Origin: Porphyridium purpureum
Lineage: Eukaryota
Direction: 5' to 3'
Assembly (NCBI GenBank): GCA_008690995.1
Contig: VRMN01000012.1
Location: forward strand, 248,001 to 312,000
DNA length: 64,000 nucleotides
Positions 10,760 to 20,503 of this stretch are shown here, piece after piece; position 1 is the first letter of the stretch, and every line of letters begins with the position of its first letter. The notes beneath the pieces were generated by a model. The model saw only the letters and a list, made by a program, of their open reading frames with translations, was not told where the DNA came from and did no database searches. The position numbers and the translations under genes are program-made.

Positions 10760-12586
10760 CACAACTAAAGAGCGGCAGTCGGTCAGCTGGTCAGTTAGCC
10801 GGTCGGTCGACAAGCGTTCGGAAATCCAAACTGGCAGAGCGACGCGAGATTCTCAACCCGCCCTCACTCGATGAGCAGCTGAAACCCCTCGCACAGCTGC
10901 ACAGACCTCGATCCCGCGCCGTCTCATACAAATTTCAGTTCCCAAGGCCAACCTGCCGCGCAAGTCAAACAAGATCTTGCGAACCCGCGCTGTTTGCGCA
11001 GATTTCCGAACTGCAAAACCCCGCCTACTTCAGCCTGTGAGGGCGCGGACTGACCAGTTCCTAACACTCATTTCCAGCACTTCACATGTGCGTTCCGGCG
11101 ACAACGTACATACCTACATCCTTACCACCTAACTCCCCCTCCCCCGTTCCTTCCTCTCCCACTTGCTGCTCGCAGGGATGTATGATCGCTGTACCTGAGT
11201 GTTCAGTAAATCTCATTTTTTACCACTGTTTTACTGTAAACTTGGAGTTTGGTAGGATGACACTAGAATATCGGACAGAAAGGGCGGTGTGCGAAATATG
11301 ATAAAATAGGTGTGTTTTATTATATGATTGCATTGAGGGTGTACAGCGGGTGTTCAGTATGTGCGATGTTTGGTTGTGCGGATGGACAACAGAGCAGGCA
11401 ACTCAACTGGCACCTGCAGATGGAGGCGGAAATGGATTGAAGGAGAGGAACGGATGAGCTGCACGACAAAGTGTGAGAGAGCTGCGTCTAGTTTCTGTGC
11501 GTGTTGGGGCGCGTGCGTGCTGAGATGCGTGGGACTTGGAGGGTACTGTGGGAAAAACGTTACAGCGGTCTCCGCAATGGCGTGCATGGGTATTAGGCAG
11601 ACGTGTGTGTGTCATGGCGGATTTGCTGAATCTAAAGGAATATCATTATTTGCTTCAGCTCGGTTCGGAGGAAAATGTGCATCTTCGCAGACTGAGTGTT
11701 TTTGAGTTGCAGCTGCGATTCGATGGCAACGGATACGTGTTCAAGGTCTCGGCGCGCGTGCGCGTCTGTTTGTTACTCGGCCAGCGTTATATGACGACGC
11801 ATACGCTGCAGACGCATAAATCCGTGTTAGTAGTGACAGCAGATAGCTAATTATCTTCAGCAAGACTGCAAATTCGATTCTCGTGCATCTGGACTGGAAC
11901 CTCCACCAATGTTGTAATAGCTCACAACCTAGCAGTATCTCATTTTATCCCAATCTGGGTGGGTTCCATGGCTCTCTCAGTGTCTATCAGTGCTTCCGCC
12001 ACAGAGCCCTCTGCGTACAGGAAACGAATTTATGTCATGCCTGTTTGTGTTTAGCCGCATGAGATTTGATTACTCATCGTTTCAACGATGGAAAAACGAT
12101 CACCTACACATGCCGTACGCCTTGCCAGACGATGCGCCGGTCTACTCGACGACTCTTTCCGAAAGGTATGAAACGCATCAGCCATCTCGAATCTGTTGTC
12201 CGCGAGAGTTACTAAAGCTGCTTTGAAGATGATTCTCTAGCACATGCGATTTTCTTCGTCCTCGTCAATTCCGGACCCTGCCAAGAGAGGCACGCAGATG
12301 CGTACCTGTAATGATAAAATTCAAAAGTGAGAGTCGTCGGCGGCAAGGAATCACGGCTCAAGTGATCTGAGCTTACCTTGATGATAGATGTCTGCATGGG
12401 AAATTGATGGTTCGAACGAATGACGACAAGCACTGTGAGATGGGTGGAGCAAAGAAAGGGCACCACTCGATACATGCATCAGCCGCAAAGCTTGCGCAAT
12501 CTTCCTTTGAAAAGATTTCTACCAGATGAATACCAGATACCGACGCAGTAAAGGGAAATGCATTCATCCGAATTTCACACGGCTCA

Positions 12587-15500
12587 TCAAGTCGAGGTCC
12601 ACTCCTTCGCGTTCGGTTCACCCGGCCACATGCCTAGCTCCGGGAAAAGCTGCACGAGCGCCTTCATATTTGCACGCTTGCTAGGCTGCCTCTGGAACCA
12701 CAACCACTCCTCCAAGTTCGACACAGCGTGAGATTCAAAAAGAAATGCACAAGCACGCTCAGCACGCTCCACGTCACCGCCAAGGACGCCCAACATATAC
12801 TCCTCGAAGCCTTCGTATGATTTCCGGCTGGCCACCCAATTTTCAACTTTCATCTTGTCTGGTAACGACAGATGCACAAAGCCTTCGAACTCGCTCATGT
12901 CATGCAATGCCTCTCCATTCACCTTGCGCTCTCTTACATCCATAACCGATGCGGCGTCAACCCGCAAGACCTCCTCCAGTACTCGAGCCAGCTGCTCGCA
13001 CGTCAATTCATCAAGGGGAGTTTCCGCCAGCACACTCTCCAAGTCAGGGTCGGACCCGTCGCTTGATGATAGAATCTCAGCAGCATGATGATCCCCGTCG
13101 CTCTTGGTGTCAGGTGGGGACTGCCTGCTTTGATCCAGCGCCTGGGGCACAGACGTTGCGGCCTCGATCTGGATGTCCGCGATCAACTCCATGTCTCCAC
13201 ATGTCGCCTCGTCCACATCCAGCTTTATTCCTTTCTGCGCCATCGCCACCAGCCGCAACGCAATGTTGAACCGCTCCACATCAAGCCAGGAAAACAACCC
13301 TTCGCTGGTTGCAATCCCCCAGATCTCGTTCAGTACGCGGTTTCGCAGTCCGGATTTGGACAGAAATGCAACTGCGTTCTGCACGTCCACCTCCCCGCTT
13401 CCGCCCGCGTCGGCCAACTTCCAGTACTCGTCATGTCGCGTTGTCTCCAAGGGCGTACGCATGCACTTGGCGAACGGATTAGACCCTGGAATGTCTATCT
13501 TGGCGAGCAGCGAAGGCGAGCCTTGCCGGACACGAGACAGGCTTGCCTCTTCGCCGTTCTGCTCCAGCGCAATGAAGCGCAGCGCAAGCACAAAATCGTC
13601 ATACTGGAGTGTGCGCTTGCAGCGGGCTGTTGCAATCTCATTCCACATCCGATACAGCACCGAGGGGGCCAGCCGTGCCTTTGAAAAGAACGCCAGGGCC
13701 TTCTCAGCGTCCAGCTCTCCGCTCCCATCCGAGTCGGCAACCTCCCAGTAGATCTTGCAGTGCTTTTCTTCGTCGGCCACGGCTGACATGCTTTCTGGGC
13801 CACACTTCAGATCGCTTGTGTCCCACACCTTGATCGTCTGATCACCGCTGCCGGACACGATGAACCTGCCATCGGGCGAGAAGCGCATCGTCAGAATACG
13901 ATCTGAATGCCCTATCATGGTGCGCACACACGACCCGGTGTGGACATTCCATATCTTGATCGTCTTGTCAGCGCTGCCGGACGCGATGAAGCGACCATCC
14001 GGCGAGAAGCGCACCGCCAGTACCGAGTTTGCGTGCCCCATCATGGTGCGTACGGACGCGCCGGTACGTGTGTCCCAAAGCTTGACCGTCTTGTCCACGC
14101 TGCCGGACGCTACGAACTTGCCATCAGGCGACCAGCGCACTGCGAGCACCGAATTTGAGTGCCCCGTCATGGTATGCATGCATGTGCCAGCCAGCGCGTC
14201 CCAAACCTTGACCGTCGTGTCATCGCTACTAGACGCAATGAACCGGCCATCGGGCGAGAAGTGCAGCGCGAGCACAGAATTTGAGTGCCCCGTCATGTTG
14301 CGCAAGGACGCGCGGGCCAGCGCGTCCCACATTTTGACCCTTTTGTCACGTTTGTCCGGCGCGCTGGATCGAACGTCCGGCGACAAGTGCACTTCAGGCT
14401 CCGAGTCCGAGTGCACGCTTTGATCCGAGTCCGAGTGCACTTCAGGCTCCGAGTCCGAGAGCACTTCAGGCTCCGGATCAAAACGCACGGCAGGTGCTGA
14501 AGTGAAGTGCATCGCGGGCGCCGAATTGAAGTGCTCCGCGGGAGCCAAACTTGGATGCTCCGCAGGCGCCAAATTGAAGTTTTCCGCGGGAGCCAAACTT
14601 GGATGCTTTGCGGGCGCCGAATTGAAGTGCTCCGCGGCCGCCAAAGTTGGATGCTCCGCGGCCGCCAAAGTTGGATGCTCCGCGGCCGCCAAAGTTGGAT
14701 GCTCCGCGGCCGCCAAACTTGAGTACCCCGTCATGGTGCGCACGCACGCGCCGGTTTGTGCGTCCCACATCTTGACCGTCTTGTCACCGCTACCAGACGC
14801 TATGAACAGGCCATCTGGTGAGAAACACACCACCAGCACCGACTTTGAGTGCCCAGTCATGGTGCGCACACAAGCGCCGGTGTGTGTGTCCCATAACTTT
14901 GCCGTCGTGTCATCGCTGCCGGACCCAAGAAAATTGCCGTCGGGCGAGAAGTGCACCGTCCACACCCCATATGAGTGTCCCGTCATGGTACACACACATG
15001 CGCTTGTCTGCGCGTCCCACAGCTTGACCGTTGCGTCGTAGCTGCCCGTCGCGATGAGCCAGCCATCAGGCGAGAAGCGAATCGCGCACACCCAATCTGA
15101 GTGCCCCCTCATGGTACGCACGCAAGCGCCGGTGTGTGCGTCCCATAACTTTGCCGTCGTGTCGTCGCTTCCGGACGCAATGAACTTGCCATCGGGCGAG
15201 AAATGCACCGCACGCACCCAATCAGCGTGCCCCGTCATAGTACGGACGCACACACCGGTCTGCGCGTCCCAGACTTTAACCGTTTTATCACAGCTGCCGG
15301 AGACGATGAGCTTGCCATCGGGGGAGTAGTGCACCGCCCGCACCCAGCGTGAGTGTCCCGCCATCGTGCAAACACACACGCCGGTCTGAGCGTCCCACAC
15401 CTTGATCGTGCCGTCATCGCTACCAGACGCGATGAACTTGCCGTCGGGCGAAAAATGCACCGCCCGCACCCAATTTGAGTGCTCCTCCAAGACACGCACG

Positions 15501-15634
15501 CAGCTTCCGGTCTGCGCGTCCCACAGCCTGATCGTTTTGTCATCGCCGCCCGTCGCGATAAAGCGGCCGTCGGGCGAGAAGTGCAAGGCCCTCACCTCTC
15601 CAACGTGCCCCGGCAGAACCGACGCAGCCGCCAT
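12587..15634 (-). CDS. WD40 (11 intact + 1 split blade) - EH - NPF - EH - SAM-like multidomain protein
   Basis: Highly similar GH..V....FSPDG..IASGS.D.T.K.WD repeats. Two Eps15-homology-like domains (ADSDGSGELDAEKALAFFSKARL...LYRMW...FVLALRFIALEQNG and ADAGGSGEVD...AFLSKSGL...LNEIW...FNIALRLVAMAQKG). NPF at 13472-13480. SAM-like segment LTCEQLARVL...KVNGEALHDM. ATG at 15634. Confidence 0.88.
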   Translation of the reverse strand: MAAASVLPGHVGEVRALHFSPDGRFIATGGDDKTIRLWDAQTGSCVRVLEEHSNWVRAVHFSPDGKFIASGSDDGTIKVWDAQTGVCVCTMAGHSRWVRAVHYSPDGKLIVSGSCDKTVKVWDAQTGVCVRTMTGHADWVRAVHFSPDGKFIASGSDDTTAKLWDAHTGACVRTMRGHSDWVCAIRFSPDGWLIATGSYDATVKLWDAQTSACVCTMTGHSYGVWTVHFSPDGNFLGSGSDDTTAKLWDTHTGACVRTMTGHSKSVLVVCFSPDGLFIASGSGDKTVKMWDAQTGACVRTMTGYSSLAAAEHPTLAAAEHPTLAAAEHPTLAAAEHFNSAPAKHPSLAPAENFNLAPAEHPSLAPAEHFNSAPAMHFTSAPAVRFDPEPEVLSDSEPEVHSDSDQSVHSDSEPEVHLSPDVRSSAPDKRDKRVKMWDALARASLRNMTGHSNSVLALHFSPDGRFIASSSDDTTVKVWDALAGTCMHTMTGHSNSVLAVRWSPDGKFVASGSVDKTVKLWDTRTGASVRTMMGHANSVLAVRFSPDGRFIASGSADKTIKIWNVHTGSCVRTMIGHSDRILTMRFSPDGRFIVSGSGDQTIKVWDTSDLKCGPESMSAVADEEKHCKIYWEVADSDGSGELDAEKALAFFSKARLAPSVLYRMWNEIATARCKRTLQYDDFVLALRFIALEQNGEEASLSRVRQGSPSLLAKIDIPGSNPFAKCMRTPLETTRHDEYWKLADAGGSGEVDVQNAVAFLSKSGLRNRVLNEIWGIATSEGLFSWLDVERFNIALRLVAMAQKGIKLDVDEATCGDMELIADIQIEAATSVPQALDQSRQSPPDTKSDGDHHAAEILSSSDGSDPDLESVLAETPLDELTCEQLARVLEEVLRVDAASVMDVRERKVNGEALHDMSEFEGFVHLSLPDKMKVENWVASRKSYEGFEEYMLGVLGGDVERAERACAFLFESHAVSNLEEWLWFQRQPSKRANMKALVQLFPELGMWPGEPNAKEWTST
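14385..14722 (-). repeat. In-frame 24-bp (8-aa) tandem repeats (AAAEHPTL/APAEHFNS, then EPEVHSDS) inside a WD40 blade
   Basis: ggatgctccgcggccgccaaagtt x3 plus variants, and cacttcaggctccgagtccgag units. Confidence 0.9.
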
Positions 15635-15770
15635 CCCACCTCTCCCCTCTTCTTCCTTCAAGCACTGTTTACAACGCACCGTACAAAGCTACCGTCTTGG
15701 CGATTCCAACGACGGACGTGCGCAGCTAACCGCCACCTCTCTGCTCCAGTAACGCGCAAACGCACGCGCG

Positions 15771-15823
15771 CACCGGTTTTCCTGCGGAATGTCGAAATCG
15801 CTCGTGTTTCACGATTTTCAGCG
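15771..15823 (-). promoter_or_regulatory. Conserved bipartite upstream element shared with the paralog promoter (27243-27296)
   Basis: Minus strand reads CGCTGAAAATCGTGAAA-N16-ATTCCGCAGGAAAACCGGTG. Confidence 0.6.
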
Positions 15824-16403
15824 AAACGAGCTGCAGCGGGCGACGCGAGCGCGCACGAGAAAGTGTGAAGGAAATTGAGTTGGACGGTACCGTCTCACCT
15901 GAATACTACGGTGCGACCAGAAAGGATCCCGGCTACGCAGTTGCGAGAGCGTGGTGGAAGCGTGAAGTGGCATTTGCTCGGAAGATGCGAGCCGACATTG
16001 TGCGCGGAGGCACGCTTACAACGGGACTGGGGCCCAAGCTTAGATGCGTGCCAGAGGCTCGAGTGTTGCAAAGAAATGCTGCAAACCACACCGATTGAAA
16101 CTTTTTTGCCGAGCACAAAGTGCCCGCGCCTTGCAGCATTCTGCAATGATATCAATACCTACACGTTGACAGGGGGAAGTGCCTGATGTTGAAAATGGCT
16201 CGTCGTCCGCGCAATTCGCCACTCGTCCTCCGTGCCTGGCGCACCGCGCAGGCTCTCTGCCTTCGCCGGAGATTCCCTCAAGTAAGCTAATGGAGCACCG
16301 TTTACTTCTATACCTTCAGCCAAAAACCTCTGCCTCTATCTCTCTTGCTTCTCGCGTCTTCCGTGCGCTCCACTCGCCCTTTTATGCTCATCGTCTTCAC
16401 GGG

Positions 16404-16458
16404 AAACTGTGCAATCCGAAACCGTGCAATCCGAGGCTGTGCAATCCGAAACCGTGCC
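16404..16458. repeat. 15-bp tandem repeat, about 3.5 copies
   Basis: aaac(t/c)gtgcaatccg units. Confidence 0.8.
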
Positions 16459-16581
16459 ACCTGAAATTTTGTTCCTTGAGGTGGTGTGGGTAGTCGAATT
16501 CCAACTCAGACGGGACACAACATTTATATGAATTGCAGAGAGTGGAGGACTAAGGATTCTCATTAGGGTCTGTGTTCTCGC

Positions 16582-18405
16582 CTAAACCGCCAACGAGGAC
16601 AACTTGGAATCTCGTTTGAACCCGAATGGGTTTCTCAGACGCGAGGAGGTTCGATGCTTCGAAGACCTAGAAGAGCGCGGTGAGGTCGGGAACGGTGCTG
16701 CGTGCTTATTTTGAGGCAAGTTGAAAGGGTTAATGCCGGCGTCGACGCCGTGCCCATTTCCCTTCAACGACTTGGAGCTCGGCGATTGCGGGAACGGTGC
16801 CGCGAGCCCTCTTCCCTGCGCGCCAATCGGTTTGGTGCCGCCGTTGACGCCGTACTCATTTCCCTTCTGTGACTTTGACGAGTGCGGCGACTGCGGGAAC
16901 GGTCCCGCGATCCGGCTATCCTGCGCGCCAAACGGATTGCTGTCGTTCGTGTCGTCGCGCACCTCTTGCTTCAGCGACTTTGACGAGTGCGGCGACTGCG
17001 GGAACGGTCCCGCGATCCGGCTATCCTGCGCGCCAAACGGATTGCTGTCGTTCGTGTCGTCGCGCACCTCTTGCTTCAGCGACTTTGACGAGTGCGGCGA
17101 CTGCGGGAACGGTCCCGCGATCCGGCTATCCTGCGCGCCAAACGGATTGCTGTCGTTCGTGTCGTCGCGCACCTCTTGCTTCAGCGACTTTGACGAGTGC
17201 GGCGACTGCGGGAACGGTCCCGCGATCCGGCTATCCTGCGCGCCAAACGGATTGCTGTCGTTCGTGTCGTCGCGCACCTCTTGCTTCAGCGACTTTGACG
17301 AGTGCGGCGACTGCGGGAACGGTCCCGCGATCCGGCTATCCTGCGCGCCAAACGGATTGCTGTCGTTCGTGTCGTCGCGCACCTCTTGCTTCAGCGACTT
17401 TGACGAGTGCGGCGACTGCGGGAACGGTCCCGCGATCCGGCTATCCTGCGCGCCAAACGGATTGCTGTCGTTTGTGTCCTCACGCACATCTTGTTCCTCC
17501 GACTTTAGCGAGCTCTGCGAGCGCAGGAACGGTGCCGCGAGCCCTCTTCCCTGCACGCCAAACGGATTGGTGTCGTTTGTGTCCTCACGCACATCTTGTT
17601 CCTCCGACTTTAACGAGCTCTGCGAGCGCAGGAACGGTGCCACGTCCTCTTTCATGTTGGGGACAAACGGGTTGGTGCTGTCAATCTCGCTCGGCCCATC
17701 TCCCTTCAGCAACTTTGACGATTGCGGCGAGAGCGAGAACGGTGTGACCATAACGTTCTTCTGCGGGACAAACGGGTTGCTGACCTTCGTGTCGTCATGC
17801 ACATCTCCCTTTACCGACGTTAACGGGTGCGATACGAGCGGGACCGGTGCCATGTCCTCGCTCATCTTCGTGACAAACGGGTTGCTGCCCGTCTCAATTT
17901 CAGAATAACTTGATTGACTAGAATCAGATCGATCGACCGAAGATTCTCTGTCCATTCCGTCTTTCACGTATGTGTCAAGCATCGGCTTCGTCCCGTACGA
18001 GACTGGAGTTCGCTCGTCTTCCCTTCTTTTCATTCCTGGATACGAAACACCATTCTCACGCGGCTGCGGAATGGGTTCGGGAACATGCAGCGGAATCGGC
18101 TCCGAAATCGGCTGCGGAATAGGCTGCGGAATAGGTTGCGGATAGAACGTCTGATTCGTCTCTACCTTTTCCTCTTGTTCTTGCTCTAAGGGTCCCCAAT
18201 AGGAGAAATCAGGTGATGACCTCGAAACTGGCTCATCGCGCACGCCAACCCCTTTTCCGTCGACAGGTTGTGCGACGACGGCGGCATCGTTTTCAACGCT
18301 GCTCGGGATGGGCACGCTCTCGGTCGTTTTCGTCGGCGCTGCGTGGCTGTTGTGGTTAGCTTGAGGTTCTTCTCTAGGAAACAAGCATTCGCAGATATTC
18401 CCCAT
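16582..18405 (-). CDS. NPF-repeat disordered protein A with a putative N-terminal myristoylation/palmitoylation signal
   Basis: Starts MGNICECLF. Contains 12 NPF motifs. S/P/D-rich low complexity. Tandem paralog at 20504-22450. Confidence 0.85.
   Translation of the reverse strand: MGNICECLFPREEPQANHNSHAAPTKTTESVPIPSSVENDAAVVAQPVDGKGVGVRDEPVSRSSPDFSYWGPLEQEQEEKVETNQTFYPQPIPQPIPQPISEPIPLHVPEPIPQPRENGVSYPGMKRREDERTPVSYGTKPMLDTYVKDGMDRESSVDRSDSSQSSYSEIETGSNPFVTKMSEDMAPVPLVSHPLTSVKGDVHDDTKVSNPFVPQKNVMVTPFSLSPQSSKLLKGDGPSEIDSTNPFVPNMKEDVAPFLRSQSSLKSEEQDVREDTNDTNPFGVQGRGLAAPFLRSQSSLKSEEQDVREDTNDSNPFGAQDSRIAGPFPQSPHSSKSLKQEVRDDTNDSNPFGAQDSRIAGPFPQSPHSSKSLKQEVRDDTNDSNPFGAQDSRIAGPFPQSPHSSKSLKQEVRDDTNDSNPFGAQDSRIAGPFPQSPHSSKSLKQEVRDDTNDSNPFGAQDSRIAGPFPQSPHSSKSLKQEVRDDTNDSNPFGAQDSRIAGPFPQSPHSSKSQKGNEYGVNGGTKPIGAQGRGLAAPFPQSPSSKSLKGNGHGVDAGINPFNLPQNKHAAPFPTSPRSSRSSKHRTSSRLRNPFGFKRDSKLSSLAV
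16871..17470 (-). repeat. 105-bp (35-aa) near-perfect coding tandem repeat, about 5.7 copies
   Basis: gactttgacgagtgcggcg recurs at 16871, 16976, 17081, 17186, 17291 and 17396. The unit is DDTNDSNPFGAQDSRIAGPFPQSPHSSKSLKQEVR. Confidence 0.95.
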
Positions 18406-19330
18406 ATTTCCGCGCTCCTAGACAAGCCTCTCACAATCAAAACAAGCTTCCTCGAACGTCCGCCTCGACCTTTCGCGCCACTTGTGCACCAACGCCTTCC
18501 AATCTTTGCTTGCCGGAACCAAACTTGTACAAGTGCGCAGCGCCGTTCACTCCCTTCCTACCTTCGCGCGACATCCTCGCCATGTTTCTTTACCTAAATA
18601 TATTCTGACCCAGTCTCGAAATTCACACAGCAGGCCGACATCGGCGGCAGAAACTGCGGTTTCATAGTAAAACAGGCCTGTTTAGATATAGAAAATGGTC
18701 GAGCGGGCGCATCATTTGTCGCGTGGTGCGGCAAACTGACGGTCGGGTCGAGAAATGGCCGTGGCGTGCGCGTGGCGGTCGTACGCGAAGAGCTCGGCTC
18801 CGTGAACGCAGATGATGCCGGACTTCAATTTACGAGTGCGATGAACCGTTCGGCGAGAGCCGCAGAATGTCGTAAATCCTAAATTCATTTAGAGCTGTTC
18901 ATGTTGCCAATCGATGGTACCGTGTTGAAAAATGGCTCGCCATCCGCGCAATTCGCGACTCGGCCTCCGTGCCCGGTGGAGTGGGTTGTCGAATTCCATC
19001 AAGCGTGCGTGTGCGCATGCAGATTGTGGAAGGTTTTCAACTTCAGCTCGGAAAGCTGACCCTTGCGAGTCAAGAGGAACCATCGCAGTACTGTGTATTG
19101 TGCAGCCGCGCTGCAGTGTGAACCCAACACCATGCATCACTCTACGTGTGGGCTCTATGCAGGAGCCGGAAATGAAGAGTTGCCATCTGCTTCTACACGC
19201 GATCCGAGCCGTTCGTTGGCGGCGTTCCCCACTATGACTGCTCAGGACGGACTTGGCAAGTCGCTTCAACACAGGCGCTCGAACTCGCTTCTCAGCAGGA
19301 GCCCAAGCCTTCTCCCGGCACATCCACGCT
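18091..19330. repeat. Segment duplicated at about 22136-23280 (tandem duplication, offset about 4045 bp)
   Basis: 18091-18600 appears identical to 22136-22645. Similarity decays gradually further upstream of the genes. Confidence 0.85.
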
Positions 19331-20503
19331 CAAGCCTTCGCGGGCGCTCTATGGCCTGGCCACGTATCGCACAGACACCCAGTCGCGGTTTCCGGCGCTC
19401 CGGTGCACGCACTGAACACCGTCACTGAACCTCCGGGGAACTGTACCATATCGTATAATGTACACCCGGCGTGCGAGGGTACAGCGTAAGCACGTCGCTG
19501 CGGCGCGGGCCGGGCGAGGGCGGCAAGCGGTGGTTTGAAGCCGGATGATGCGCGGCGGCACGCGCGTGGACGAATGCGATGGAGCGTGTCATTGCCTTTC
19601 CGACCGGTGATGACGTGCTCATGCCAACGCCGTCTGTTGCACGTCAAATCGTACTCATATCGACCTCTCAGTCTAAGGAGGGGACATGACAAACACAAGC
19701 GCGCCACTTTGAGATCGCGGCCTCGCGGTCCCGCTCGGACCGAGGCGGGCTGAGGCTTGAACAGCGCGTGCATGTGGCGGTTCGCTGCGCGTACCGGTCG
19801 TCGCTTTGGTGCCCCCATTGGCGACGAGCCCTCGGGTCATCGCGAGCTTAAGTATGGCGCCCCCACGGGTCGTCGTCGCGCTCATCGCGAGGATTTGGAA
19901 TTTCTCGTCACATATAGTCCTACACAGATGACGACCACGAGTGCAGCTCCAGGCGAACTGCAGCAGCATGTCGATCGCATGGCCTTCCAGGCTACCAGCA
20001 TCCGCTGTGCTGTCGTCAGCGGCCCCTTCGTGCTCGAGCTCAGGACAGCCGCGAATGAGTGAGCGATCATGACGTCCAGTACGCGAATCCTGAACGACTC
20101 GACATGGCACAACGGCAATGCCGGGCCCCGCTTGGGCTACTGGAAGCTGGACTACGCGACGCGGGCCGTACATGCCCCAGCGCACGCCGCGGGCACGGCT
20201 ACGGCACGTTGTCGAGCATGCCACTCCTCCCACAATGGCTGAGGCTTCCAGCACGCAGATAACGGTCCGCGGCTGAGTACCACAGCTCCAGCGCCAACTG
20301 TCTTTATGAGCGCGACTGGCGTCTACGCATGCGTAAGGTACAACACAGCAAGACCGCAGCAGAGACAACACTTTTACATGTACTACAAAGAGCAACGTAC
20401 AAAGGAGTCTGGGTTTGGGTCTGTGTTCTCGCCAGAAGTAGCTGCGTGCATCTGAGAAGCTGCGGGGACATTTATGCATCCAAAGCTCGTCCTGGCACCT
20501 CGC

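Noticed and set aside
11050..12560. Short ORFs downstream of the WD40-EH gene
   Set aside because: Multiple stops in all frames and no identifiable family.
16871..17470. Regular 105-bp repeats as a CRISPR array
   Set aside because: There are no unique spacers, the units are contiguous and in frame within a protein, and no cas genes are present.
19330..20480. ORFs between the two NPF genes
   Set aside because: No coherent protein signature on either strand.
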